From Verrucomicrobia bacterium UBA673 (GTDB taxonomy: Bacteria; Verrucomicrobiota; Verrucomicrobiia; Limisphaerales; UBA1096), in the NCBI GenBank assembly GCA_002299785.1, contig DBNL01000101.1, positions 1 through 47,978 of the forward strand: a stretch of DNA of 47,978 nucleotides, given 5' to 3'. Positions 25,823-33,930 of the stretch are shown here, piece by piece. How positions within the stretch are numbered: the stretch's first letter is position 1; each line of letters begins with the position of its first letter. The notes under the pieces are model-generated. The model was not told the origin of the DNA and did not search any database. It worked only from the letters and a program-made list of their open reading frames with translations. Position numbers and translations under genes: made by a program.

Positions 25823-28003
25823 ATGAGAGCCTGTCGTCTCTGTTTCATTTTTCTGCTGACATTTGTCGATAACCTCAACGCGCAGTTTGAAGATCCGTTC
25901 GGCGTTGGCCAATCAGGTGCTGCCAAGCCGGCGACCACGGTCAAGTTGCTTTTATCCCACGATACGGCCAAGCCGGGTTCGACGGTTATGGCAGGACTGG
26001 CGTTGACGATGGACGATGGTTGGCACACGTATTGGATCAACCCAGGCGAGGCCGGCATCGCGACCGATGTCGAGTGGAAGTTGCCCAAGGGTGTGAGCGC
26101 CGGGCCGATCCAGTGGCCAACGCCGGAAAAGTTCACCGCGCTTGGTTCGGTCGGCTACGGTTACCACGGTAAAACAATACTGCTCGTGCCACTTGTCATC
26201 GCTGCCGGCGCTGCGCCTGTTCAAGCGACAATCTCTGGTAACGTCAGTTGGCTTGAGTGCAAGGAGAGCTGCATCCCGCGCGACCAGCAGGTGAGCGCAA
26301 CGTTGACGATCGCCGGGACGAATGCGCGTTCGGCTGCCGCCGCCAAGTTTGATGCCGCAAAACGGAAACTGCCGGAAACCGTTGGCAAGTTGTCTGCTAG
26401 CGCCCGGTGGGATGGCGAAGCTAGGGATGATGAACGGACACTGCTAATCGAGTTCGCCGCCGGCCGATCGGGAGTCGATGCCGATTTCTTTTCGATGCCG
26501 TCCGAATCGTTCGAGGTGTCGCCGAAGAGCGAAGTGACCGTCTCCGGTGAAGCCAAGGTTCGCATCAAAAAAACGGTGACGAAGTATGAAGGCGCCTGGC
26601 CAAGCGAGCTCGCCGGCTTGGCTGTTCATAACCTGAAAGACCACGACAAGACAGAAGCGTTCGAGGTCAAGTTCCCTATCTATTCCATCTCATCGGGTGA
26701 CCCCGGGACGCCAGCTTCGCAGACCCCGCCCTTTGCTGCCGGCAATCCGCTTTGGAGGATGTTGCTGTATGCGTTCATTGGCGGTCTGATTTTGAATGTC
26801 ATGCCGTGTGTGCTGCCGGTGATATCGCTGAAGATTATGGGCTTCGTCAACCAAAGCAAGGAGTCGCCGGCGCGCGTGCGGTTGCTCGGTATGCTCTACG
26901 GCGCGGGTGTAGTCGTTTCGTTCTTGGTGCTGGCCGGCGTAGTGATCGGCGTGAAAAGCGCGGGTGAACTGGCTAGTTGGGGCATGCAGATGTCCAACCC
27001 GCAGTTCGTCGTTTTGCTGACCGTTATCATCATGCTGGTGGCATTGAATCTGTTTGGGCTGTTCGAGGTAACGCTGGGTTCGGTGGGTGCTGCGGCCGGA
27101 TCGGTAGTGACGAGGGAGGGTGCGGGTGGCGCATTTTTCAATGGTGTTCTGGCTACGGTGTTGGCGACGCCCTGCACAGCGCCATTCCTCGCACCGGCGC
27201 TTGGCTTTGCCTTCACACAAACTAATCCCGTGATCGTGCTGCTGCTGTTTGTCACCGTTGCGCTTGGCCTCGCGTTTCCATATGTGGTGCTGAGTTGGAA
27301 TCCTAGGCTTCTGCATTTCCTGCCCAAGCCGGGGCCGTGGATGGAGAAGTTTAAGGTTGCGATGGGCTTCCCAATGCTGGCCACGGGCGTTTGGCTTTTC
27401 ACTGTGAGCATCGAATATTACGGCGGCCGGGTTTTGTGGTTCGGTATTTTTCTGACCGTGATAGCCATGGCGGCCTGGGTTTTCGGCGAGTTTTTTCAGC
27501 GCGGTATCAAGCGGCGCGGCTTGGCCCTGGGCATCGCTGGGGCGCTTGCGCTTGGTGGGGTCGTGTTCGGTCTTGAGGGGCAAATGCAATGGCGCACCCC
27601 GACCGACCCATCGGAGGCCAAAGCCGGCGTGGTTCAGGATTTCCCCGGTGGAATCCGCTGGCACCGCTGGTCGCAGGAGGCGGTGGTCAAGGCGCGTGAG
27701 GCTGGTCAACCGGTGCTGGTGGATTTTACGGCCAAGTGGTGTGCCACCTGTATTTGGAACAAAAAAACGAGCATAGATATCGACTCAGTACGCGCTGTAA
27801 TGGCCGATAAAAAATTCAAGGCATTTCGGGCTGACTACACGCGGCGGCCGGATTACATCACTGAGGAATTGCGCTACCGGGGTAGGGCGGGCGTACCGCT
27901 CGTGTTGGTTTTCTCACCTGACAAAACAAGGGAGCCCGAAATGCTTCCCGAGTTGCTGACCGCCGAAACCGTCGTCACCGCCCTTAAAAAAGCCACCCGC
28001 TAA
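25823..28003 (+). CDS. DsbD-family thiol:disulfide interchange (protein-disulfide reductase) membrane protein
   Basis: 726 aa. Signal peptide, periplasmic N-terminal domain (WHTYWINPGEAG...ECKESCIP), and a central DsbD TM core with Cys in NVMPCVLPVISLK and ATPCTAPFLAPAL. C-terminal thioredoxin fold with WCATC. Confidence 0.9.
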   Translation: MRACRLCFIFLLTFVDNLNAQFEDPFGVGQSGAAKPATTVKLLLSHDTAKPGSTVMAGLALTMDDGWHTYWINPGEAGIATDVEWKLPKGVSAGPIQWPTPEKFTALGSVGYGYHGKTILLVPLVIAAGAAPVQATISGNVSWLECKESCIPRDQQVSATLTIAGTNARSAAAAKFDAAKRKLPETVGKLSASARWDGEARDDERTLLIEFAAGRSGVDADFFSMPSESFEVSPKSEVTVSGEAKVRIKKTVTKYEGAWPSELAGLAVHNLKDHDKTEAFEVKFPIYSISSGDPGTPASQTPPFAAGNPLWRMLLYAFIGGLILNVMPCVLPVISLKIMGFVNQSKESPARVRLLGMLYGAGVVVSFLVLAGVVIGVKSAGELASWGMQMSNPQFVVLLTVIIMLVALNLFGLFEVTLGSVGAAAGSVVTREGAGGAFFNGVLATVLATPCTAPFLAPALGFAFTQTNPVIVLLLFVTVALGLAFPYVVLSWNPRLLHFLPKPGPWMEKFKVAMGFPMLATGVWLFTVSIEYYGGRVLWFGIFLTVIAMAAWVFGEFFQRGIKRRGLALGIAGALALGGVVFGLEGQMQWRTPTDPSEAKAGVVQDFPGGIRWHRWSQEAVVKAREAGQPVLVDFTAKWCATCIWNKKTSIDIDSVRAVMADKKFKAFRADYTRRPDYITEELRYRGRAGVPLVLVFSPDKTREPEMLPELLTAETVVTALKKATR

Positions 28004-28021
28004 GCCCCTTGGCCAGGGGCT
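28003..28021. terminator. Hairpin shared by the convergent dsbD-like and M3 peptidase genes
   Basis: 7-bp stem AGCCCCT / AGGGGCT with loop TGGCC. It overlaps both stop codons. The centre (CTTGGCCAG) is a one-mismatch copy of the iterated palindrome. There is no convincing T-tract on either side. Confidence 0.35.
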
Positions 28022-30149
28022 ATTTGTCCAAGATCCCGAGGTCTTTCAGAAACGGTTTCAGGGAGCGGGGGCGGCCGAGGAATTCCTTGATCGACTCGCT
28101 GACGTCGCGCGAGTCGCCCACTTCATAAATCTCCCGCCGCAGTCGCTGCCCTGCTGTGCTGTCGAAGTAGCGGTCGGGAGCGCTTTCAAAAACCGTGGCC
28201 ATGTCAGCAGAGATCGAGTCGGCCCAGGCGTAGCCGTAGTAGCCCGCGTCGTAGCCCATGAGGTGGCCGAAGTAGCCGACAAACGATGTGTTATCCTGCG
28301 GCTTAAGATAGACCTCCTCGGTGATTTGGTTGGACAGCGCAACCGGCTCGACGATCCGCGCCTCCTCCACCGTCAGTGAGTGTAGGGTCAGGTCAACAAG
28401 CCCGTAGGAAAGCTGGCCGCGATAGTGCCGAGCGATCGTGGCTTTCTTCGCTTCCTTTAGTTTTGCAATGATGGTTTCCGGGATTTTTTTCGACGAGTCT
28501 CGATAGTCAGCGGCGAACGAGTCGAGTACGGTTTTGTCCCAAATCCAGTTCTCGAGCATCTGCGACGGGGCCTCGACGAAGTCGCGCGGCACGCTTGTGC
28601 CGGCGAAACGGGTGTACTTGGTTTGCGTCAGGATGCCGTGCAACGCGTGGCCAAACTCGTGAAAGAGCGTCTCGACGTTGTCATGCGAGAGCAGCGATGG
28701 CTTGTCTTTTCCCGGCGTGGGGAAGTTGCAGATCAGTGCGACGGTGGGCCGCTGGTAGACGCCGTCCGATAGCCGTTTGCCGGAGATCAGCGGGAACATC
28801 GCGAAGTGGTTGTACTTGCCGTCGCGTGGGAACATGTCGAGGTACAACGCGCCGAGAGGATTCCCAGTGGCTGCGTCGTAAACGAGGTGCAGCGTCACTT
28901 GATCGTTCCATTTATACGGCGCGGTGGACGCCACGATCCTCAGGCCGAATATGCGCTCGTACACGCGGAACATGCCGTGTAGCGTCTGTTCGTATGGGAA
29001 AAACACGCGAAGTTGCTCGGTGTCCACGGAGTACTTTTCCTTTTTCAGCATGTTCATGTAGTAGAAGGCATCCCACATTTTAAGGGTGGCGTCGGGGTCG
29101 CCGGTCTCGCGTCGTTTCAGCGTGTTGAACTGCGCGAGCTCGGCCTGCCACTTTGGCTCGAGGCCGCGCTTGAGGTTCATCAAAAACTCGCGCGCCGTGG
29201 TACCGTCGCCGGCCATCTTGACTTCGCACTTGTAGTCGGCCCACGTCTTGTAGCCGAGCTTGTCAGCGATGTTGGCACGGAGTTGCAGGACGGTTTTTAG
29301 CAGCGGGATGTTTTTTTCGCGGGCAAGTCGCTTCCGCTCGCCGGAGATACGTTTGCGTGTTACCTCCAGTTTGGCGCTGCGCATGACGTTGAGGTAGTGA
29401 AACGTCACATTGGCCTGAAGAGTGTACTCGTCGTCGCCGGTCTTGACCTGTTCAAGGAAATTCTCCGGCAACCCTTCGAGCTGCGCTTTCGTGAATTTCA
29501 GTTCCTTCTTCGCGTTGGTGATGTTGGTTCGGAACTCGGTGGTCGTGGCGGAGAGCTGCTTGCGGAGCTGTTCGACCTCGCCGCGCTCGGCCTTGGCCAG
29601 GTGCAGACCGGCCCGTCGGTAGTCGCGCAGTGTCTGCTCGAGCAGTCGCTTGGGCTCGCCGCTCAATCTAGGTTTCGAGTCGGCGTACGCCTTGACCACG
29701 CGATAAACATCCTCGCGATAGTCGAGGCCAACTGCCCACTCGTCGAACTGCGTGATAGCCTCTGTGGCTTGGGCGCGGTGCTCGGCATTTTCGCTGGTTT
29801 CCTTTAGCATGTAAGTGCGGTTGGCCACGAGCGACAGGTCAAACGCCAAGTCGTCGAGCGCTCCGATCGTGTTGTCGAAGGTCGCCTCGCTCGGCTTGAT
29901 TTTGCCAATGTCATCGAGCCGTTCGTTGGCTACTACGATCGCTGCGGTGACGGCGTCGAGCGAGGCCTGCGGCGTGGTCTCAAACGGTGGCAGCGCGACG
30001 TGCGTACGATTGCGCTTGGCCAAGCGCTCGAACTCCGCCCAGTCGCCGGAGAACTCGGCCTTGGTTGTGTCTCTTGTTTTTGAGGTGGAACAGGCGGCGA
30101 GAATGCCGGTGGCGACGATCAGTGCTATGCGAAAAAACATGGGGGACAA
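28020..30149 (-). CDS. M3-family zinc metallopeptidase (oligopeptidase A / Dcp / thimet-like), lipoprotein
   Basis: 709 aa. Lipobox ILAAC and the zinc motif HEFGH (TLFHEFGHALHG) with a downstream E (DFVEAPSQ). Confidence 0.9.
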   Translation of the reverse strand: MSPMFFRIALIVATGILAACSTSKTRDTTKAEFSGDWAEFERLAKRNRTHVALPPFETTPQASLDAVTAAIVVANERLDDIGKIKPSEATFDNTIGALDDLAFDLSLVANRTYMLKETSENAEHRAQATEAITQFDEWAVGLDYREDVYRVVKAYADSKPRLSGEPKRLLEQTLRDYRRAGLHLAKAERGEVEQLRKQLSATTTEFRTNITNAKKELKFTKAQLEGLPENFLEQVKTGDDEYTLQANVTFHYLNVMRSAKLEVTRKRISGERKRLAREKNIPLLKTVLQLRANIADKLGYKTWADYKCEVKMAGDGTTAREFLMNLKRGLEPKWQAELAQFNTLKRRETGDPDATLKMWDAFYYMNMLKKEKYSVDTEQLRVFFPYEQTLHGMFRVYERIFGLRIVASTAPYKWNDQVTLHLVYDAATGNPLGALYLDMFPRDGKYNHFAMFPLISGKRLSDGVYQRPTVALICNFPTPGKDKPSLLSHDNVETLFHEFGHALHGILTQTKYTRFAGTSVPRDFVEAPSQMLENWIWDKTVLDSFAADYRDSSKKIPETIIAKLKEAKKATIARHYRGQLSYGLVDLTLHSLTVEEARIVEPVALSNQITEEVYLKPQDNTSFVGYFGHLMGYDAGYYGYAWADSISADMATVFESAPDRYFDSTAGQRLRREIYEVGDSRDVSESIKEFLGRPRSLKPFLKDLGILDK
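30012..30027. repeat. Perfect 16-mer GCGCTTGGCCAAGCGC (inside the M3 peptidase gene, read as RLAKR)
   Basis: Read directly from the sequence. Confidence 0.95.
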
Positions 30150-30183
30150 GCTACCGTTGGCCGGCGGTGAGGCTCAAGCAGAT

Positions 30184-30990
30184 TCACAGAATGACGATGC
30201 TAGCCGTCGCCGCTTGGCCAAGCGGCGGTGTGGCGATGCGCCGCGCTTTGATGGCGACGTATGGCGGGATGTATTGGCTGCGGTGCCGAAATGTTCCCGG
30301 TTCGGCGGCGGGATCGCCGTGCTTTGGCTCGGCGAGATCCTCTATGACGAAGCCGCTACGGCACAGTCCGCCGACAATTTCCTCCCAGCGATGCACGAAC
30401 TCGAGCGCGCCTTTTTCCCGGTGCTCGAACTCACCGTGCATCGGTGGCATCGGCCCCTTGGCATAATAATTCTCGGTGACGGCGTAGCCGCTGGGGAAGG
30501 GCGTAGCCGCGGCCTGGAGATTGGCCGGCTGTTTGTGCTGGCTGAGGTACTGTCCGCCTACTCGCAGCACGCGGGCGATCTCATCGTAAACCTTAGCGAG
30601 GTTCGGCACGTAGCATGTGCTGACTGGCTGGGTGACGATGTCGAACGACGCACCGGCCAACATCGGGAGATCGTCCATCGACGCGGCGATGGTCTGTAAC
30701 TCAAGGGCGCGCTCGCGGGCGACGCGTTGATCCTGCTCGAGCATCTCCGGACTGATGTCCACCACCGTGACCTTGGCCCCGGCGGCAGCGTAGAGCGGCG
30801 CCTGTAACCCGCCGCCGCCGGCTAGGCAGAGGACGTATTTGCCGTCGAGCCCGCCGTCGAGCCAGCCCCGACCGTTGATGGCTTTTAGCGGGTCCTCGAA
30901 CTCGTCGTCGCGGGCGGTGCGAGTGTGCAGGAGGCCTCGGCGGGCGCGCTCGTCCCAGACGCGGCGGTTGTGATCCTGAGCAATTTCCAC
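30184..30990 (-). CDS. Class I SAM-dependent methyltransferase (small-molecule type)
   Basis: 268 aa. Motif I VLCLAGGGGLQAPLYAAAGAKVTVVDISPEML and post-I/II acidic residues. I saw no DNA-methyltransferase motifs (DPPY/NPPY or PC..ENV). Confidence 0.75.
   Translation of the reverse strand: MEIAQDHNRRVWDERARRGLLHTRTARDDEFEDPLKAINGRGWLDGGLDGKYVLCLAGGGGLQAPLYAAAGAKVTVVDISPEMLEQDQRVARERALELQTIAASMDDLPMLAGASFDIVTQPVSTCYVPNLAKVYDEIARVLRVGGQYLSQHKQPANLQAAATPFPSGYAVTENYYAKGPMPPMHGEFEHREKGALEFVHRWEEIVGGLCRSGFVIEDLAEPKHGDPAAEPGTFRHRSQYIPPYVAIKARRIATPPLGQAATASIVIL
30210..30225. repeat. Perfect 16-mer CCGCTTGGCCAAGCGG (inside the methyltransferase gene, read as PLGQA)
   Basis: Read directly from the sequence. 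Confidence 0.95.
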
Positions 30991-31003
30991 GCAGGCGTTT
31001 TAG

Positions 31004-31029
31004 CCTTGGCCAAGCGCTTGGCCAAGCGC
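31004..31029. repeat. Tandem pair of the iterated palindrome (CCTTGGCCAAGCG-CTTGGCCAAGCGC) in a divergent promoter spacer
   Basis: Two TTGGCCAA cores sit 12 bp apart (31006 and 31018). The second lies within a perfect 16-mer GCGCTTGGCCAAGCGC (31014..31029). Located between the methyltransferase start (30990) and the helicase start (31082). Confidence 0.9.
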
Positions 31030-31081
31030 GATCGTCGATTTGGATTTCTCATCGGCTGCGTTTCTGTTACACCCAGCGGCC

Positions 31082-32326
31082 ATGTCTTTCAGTTCACTGG
31101 GGCTTTCCGACAACATTCTCAAGGGGATTCGCGCGATGGGTTACGAAGATCCGACGCCGATTCAGCTCCGGGGCATCCCGCTGTTTCTCGAGGGCCGCGA
31201 CTTGATTGGCAGCGCCCAAACCGGCACAGGCAAGACTGCGGCGTTCGGCCTGCCGATCCTCACGAAGCTCGATAAACCGCAGAGCAACCCGCGCGCATTA
31301 ATCGTCGAGCCGACCCGCGAGCTGGCTTCGCAGGTCGAGACGGCGTTTCGGGATTTTTCGCGGTACTCCGATCTGCGAACAACCGTTCTTTACGGCGGCG
31401 TGAAGTACGGCAAGCAGAACGAGGAACTGGAACGAGGAACTGACATCATCGTCGCCACGCCCGGGCGTTTGCTCGATCACGTCTCTCAGAAAAATTTGAC
31501 ACTGAAAAACATCGATTACCTCGTGCTCGACGAGGCCGATCGGATGCTCGACATGGGCTTCATGCCGGACGTCAAGAAAATCATCCAGCAATGCCCAGAG
31601 AAAAGGCACACTTCCCTTTTCTCAGCGACCATCCCTCCGATCATCGAGACGATCATCCAGTGGGCGATGACCGATCCGGAGACGGTGGAAATCGGGATGC
31701 GCCGATCGGTCGCTGAAACAGTTTCGCACGCTGTTTATCCGGTCGCATTCGACCAGAAAAACGACCTCGTACTCGCGCTGCTAGATAAGGTTAACTACGA
31801 TTCAGTGATCGTTTTTTGCCGAACGAAGGTGGGCGCCGACAGGTTGGGCAGCCTGCTGAAACGAGAGAATCACTCCGTGGCAATCCTTCATTCAAACCGA
31901 ACCCAGGCCGAGAGAGAACGCTCGCTCAATGGTTTTAGGGACGGTAAGTATGGGGTGCTGGTCGCTACCGACATCGCCTCGCGCGGACTCGACGTCGCCA
32001 ACGTCAGTCACGTCGTTAATTTCGACGTGCCACAGCATCCTGAGGATTACGTGCATCGTATTGGCCGAACTGGCCGCGCGGCTGCATCTGGGGACGCTTT
32101 CACTATGATGGTGGCTGAGGATCGCCAACACATGGAGGCGATCGAGCGGTTCATCGGCAAGAAAATCAACCGGGAAAAAATGGAGGGCTTTGATTACAAG
32201 TACACTTCACTGTTCGACGACGGTAAGCATGCATCGCCGCCACGTTTCCGGGGTGGCTCAGTAGGTCGCGGCTACTCCTTCGGAATGTCCTCCCGCAAAG
32301 GCGGCGGCCGCCGAAAACGCCGCTAA
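31082..32326 (+). CDS. DEAD-box ATP-dependent RNA helicase (RhlE-like)
   Basis: Q-motif context (FSSLGLSDNILKGI...PTPIQ), AQTGTGKT, PTRELA, DEAD (VLDEADRMLDMGF), SAT, HRIGRTGRA, and a basic RGG-like C-terminal tail. The start is set at the ATG at 31082; the track begins at an upstream TTG. Confidence 0.9.
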   Translation: MSFSSLGLSDNILKGIRAMGYEDPTPIQLRGIPLFLEGRDLIGSAQTGTGKTAAFGLPILTKLDKPQSNPRALIVEPTRELASQVETAFRDFSRYSDLRTTVLYGGVKYGKQNEELERGTDIIVATPGRLLDHVSQKNLTLKNIDYLVLDEADRMLDMGFMPDVKKIIQQCPEKRHTSLFSATIPPIIETIIQWAMTDPETVEIGMRRSVAETVSHAVYPVAFDQKNDLVLALLDKVNYDSVIVFCRTKVGADRLGSLLKRENHSVAILHSNRTQAERERSLNGFRDGKYGVLVATDIASRGLDVANVSHVVNFDVPQHPEDYVHRIGRTGRAAASGDAFTMMVAEDRQHMEAIERFIGKKINREKMEGFDYKYTSLFDDGKHASPPRFRGGSVGRGYSFGMSSRKGGGRRKRR

Positions 32327-32505
32327 TTCTACCGGGAGGGAAGGATTTGACCTCGTCCCAAATTAACTAATATTGGGAAAATGGAACCTGCTCTCCCGTG
32401 CCCAAGGCGGCACGCGGGCGCTTCACGCTTTTAGCTTCCTTTCCCAAGGAGAGGGCTGATGAGATAGATGAATCGTACATCTTAACATATACGACAGCGC
32501 TTGGC

Positions 32506-33288
32506 CTAAACCCAACCCCGCAGCTTGTAGTAGAGCCACCCGACCTGCTCGTGCAGATAAAAACTAAGTGCCTGAAAACCACCTAAGCCGGGAACTATGC
32601 TATATATTCTAAAATCTGCCTCGAGCGAGCTTAGTCCCTCGAAATCTGACCCGACAGCAACCACCTCCAATCCTGTTTTTTTGAATAGTGCTTCAGCTCT
32701 TCTCATATGGTTAGCGGAAGTCACAAGTATGATTTTTTTCCATCCATTCTTTTCTGCCAATACTTTTGTATGATCAGCTTCATCTTTGGTGTTACTGGAG
32801 TAATCCAATACGTGAATGGGTGAATCGAACGGTTTCCAAGATTCCAGCCATTCGGCGATTAGTTGCCCATGCAATCCTGTTTGCCCAGATGAGGAGTATT
32901 TACCGCCACCGATCACCAACGCTTTACCTTTTTTTAATCGGACGAGTTCAGCAGCAGTGATTATTCTATCGGTCGCTGTGCTGAATTCAATTGAGTTAAC
33001 GCCATAATTTGAAAATTCATGTGAACCGCCCAGCAAGACAACGGCGTCGCACTCGGGGAGGGAGTTAAAATCCTCGATTGCGTAGGGTCTTTCAAGTGTG
33101 GAGAGGAGGTAAGCGGGGAGTTTCGTGCTGCCGACGAGGGTGATGAACAGGGCCAGGCTACCGTTGAAAAGTGCCTGTCGCTTCTCTTTTTTGATCACGG
33201 CACGAACGCAGGCAATAAGCAATACCAGCCAAATCAAACTGATAGGGTTTAAGAATTGATTCACCATTTTTGATAAAAAATACATCAT
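32506..33288 (-). CDS. YdcF/ElyC-like DUF218 family protein
   Basis: 260 aa. N-terminal TM helices, then DAVVLLGGS, a second glycine-rich segment (LVIGGG), and LVTSANHMRRA, as in DUF218 proteins. By eye it is noticeably more AT-rich than its neighbours. Confidence 0.75.
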   Translation of the reverse strand: MMYFLSKMVNQFLNPISLIWLVLLIACVRAVIKKEKRQALFNGSLALFITLVGSTKLPAYLLSTLERPYAIEDFNSLPECDAVVLLGGSHEFSNYGVNSIEFSTATDRIITAAELVRLKKGKALVIGGGKYSSSGQTGLHGQLIAEWLESWKPFDSPIHVLDYSSNTKDEADHTKVLAEKNGWKKIILVTSANHMRRAEALFKKTGLEVVAVGSDFEGLSSLEADFRIYSIVPGLGGFQALSFYLHEQVGWLYYKLRGWV

Positions 33289-33381
33289 GCGGTGCGCATG
33301 CTTCGATGAATTTGCCTTAGTTGCCCAGCATAAAACGTCTGATTGAGTTTTCCGGGCTAAGCGAGCAACCTTCGTGGCAGC

Positions 33382-33930
33382 ATGAAAGGGAGGTCTTTTG
33401 GATTACTCACAGCCCTGTTAGCCGGTGCCACGCTTGGCCAAGCGGCGAGCCAGGTGCCGCTGGCGATCGAGACGCTGGCGGCCAAGGCTGACGCAGTGGT
33501 GCATGGCACGGTCGTCCGCATGTCTTGCCAACGAGACGACGAAGGCCGGATTTTCACTACGGTGCATCTGCAGATCATCGAGCAGATGAACAGCCGGCAA
33601 CGCGGCGGGACGCTGGTAATTGTCCAGGGCGGCGGCGTTCTGGGGCGGCGGATTGCCCGCTCGCCGATCCAGCCGACGTACCGGATTGGGGCGGAGGTGG
33701 TTGTGTTTGTGGTGTTCAACAGCCGCGACGAGGCGGTGACGCTTGGGCTGAACCAAGGCAAGTTTGATATCGCCAGGCAGCCTGAGACCGGCTTGGCTAC
33801 GGTGCGGAATCCGTTTCACGGCTTGGCCAAGCGGGACGACCCGCGCGCGGTGGTGAAGCGCGCGCTTGGCCAGTCAAAGCCGCTGACATTGGCCGAGTTG
33901 AAGCGGCGGGTGAGGAGGGCGGCGAAGTGA
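33382..33930 (+). CDS. Small secreted beta-rich protein of unknown function, coupled to the matrixin gene
   Basis: 182 aa. Signal peptide MKGRSFGLLTALLAGATLGQA/AS. The mature part has alternating hydrophobic strands (AVVHGTVVRM, IFTTVHLQI, LVIVQGG, EVVVFVVF). Its stop overlaps the next gene's GTG (GTGA). I recognise no family. Confidence 0.6.
   Translation: MKGRSFGLLTALLAGATLGQAASQVPLAIETLAAKADAVVHGTVVRMSCQRDDEGRIFTTVHLQIIEQMNSRQRGGTLVIVQGGGVLGRRIARSPIQPTYRIGAEVVVFVVFNSRDEAVTLGLNQGKFDIARQPETGLATVRNPFHGLAKRDDPRAVVKRALGQSKPLTLAELKRRVRRAAK
33431..33444. repeat. Perfect 14-mer CGCTTGGCCAAGCG (inside a signal-peptide coding region, read as TLGQA)
   Basis: Read directly from the sequence. Confidence 0.95.

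Noticed and set aside
26690-27709. 339-aa minus-strand ORF antisense to the dsbD-like gene
   Set aside because: A shadow ORF with an Arg/His/Gln-rich, non-protein-like composition.
29815-30699. 294-aa plus-strand ORF spanning the M3 peptidase / methyltransferase boundary on the opposite strand
   Set aside because: A shadow ORF. It crosses an intergenic spacer and overlaps two well-supported minus-strand genes.
30184-30990. The methyltransferase gene, which sits next to the tandem palindrome and contains a 16-mer copy, as the cognate DNA methyltransferase for TTGGCCAA
   Set aside because: Its motifs are those of small-molecule class I SAM methyltransferases. I see no target-recognition domain, no DPPY/NPPY motif and no m5C PC/ENV motif. 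The proximity is probably coincidental given the motif density.
32367-32586. Two small overlapping ORFs (71 aa minus strand, 62 aa plus strand) in the rhlE-like / ydcF-like convergent spacer, plus a nested hairpin (CGTGCC-CAAGGC-GGCACG inside CTCTCC...GGAGAG)
   Set aside because: The ORFs lack ribosome-binding sites, overlap the ydcF-like 3' end and look non-protein-like. The hairpins may simply be 3'-end structures for the convergent genes. There is not enough evidence to call an RNA gene.
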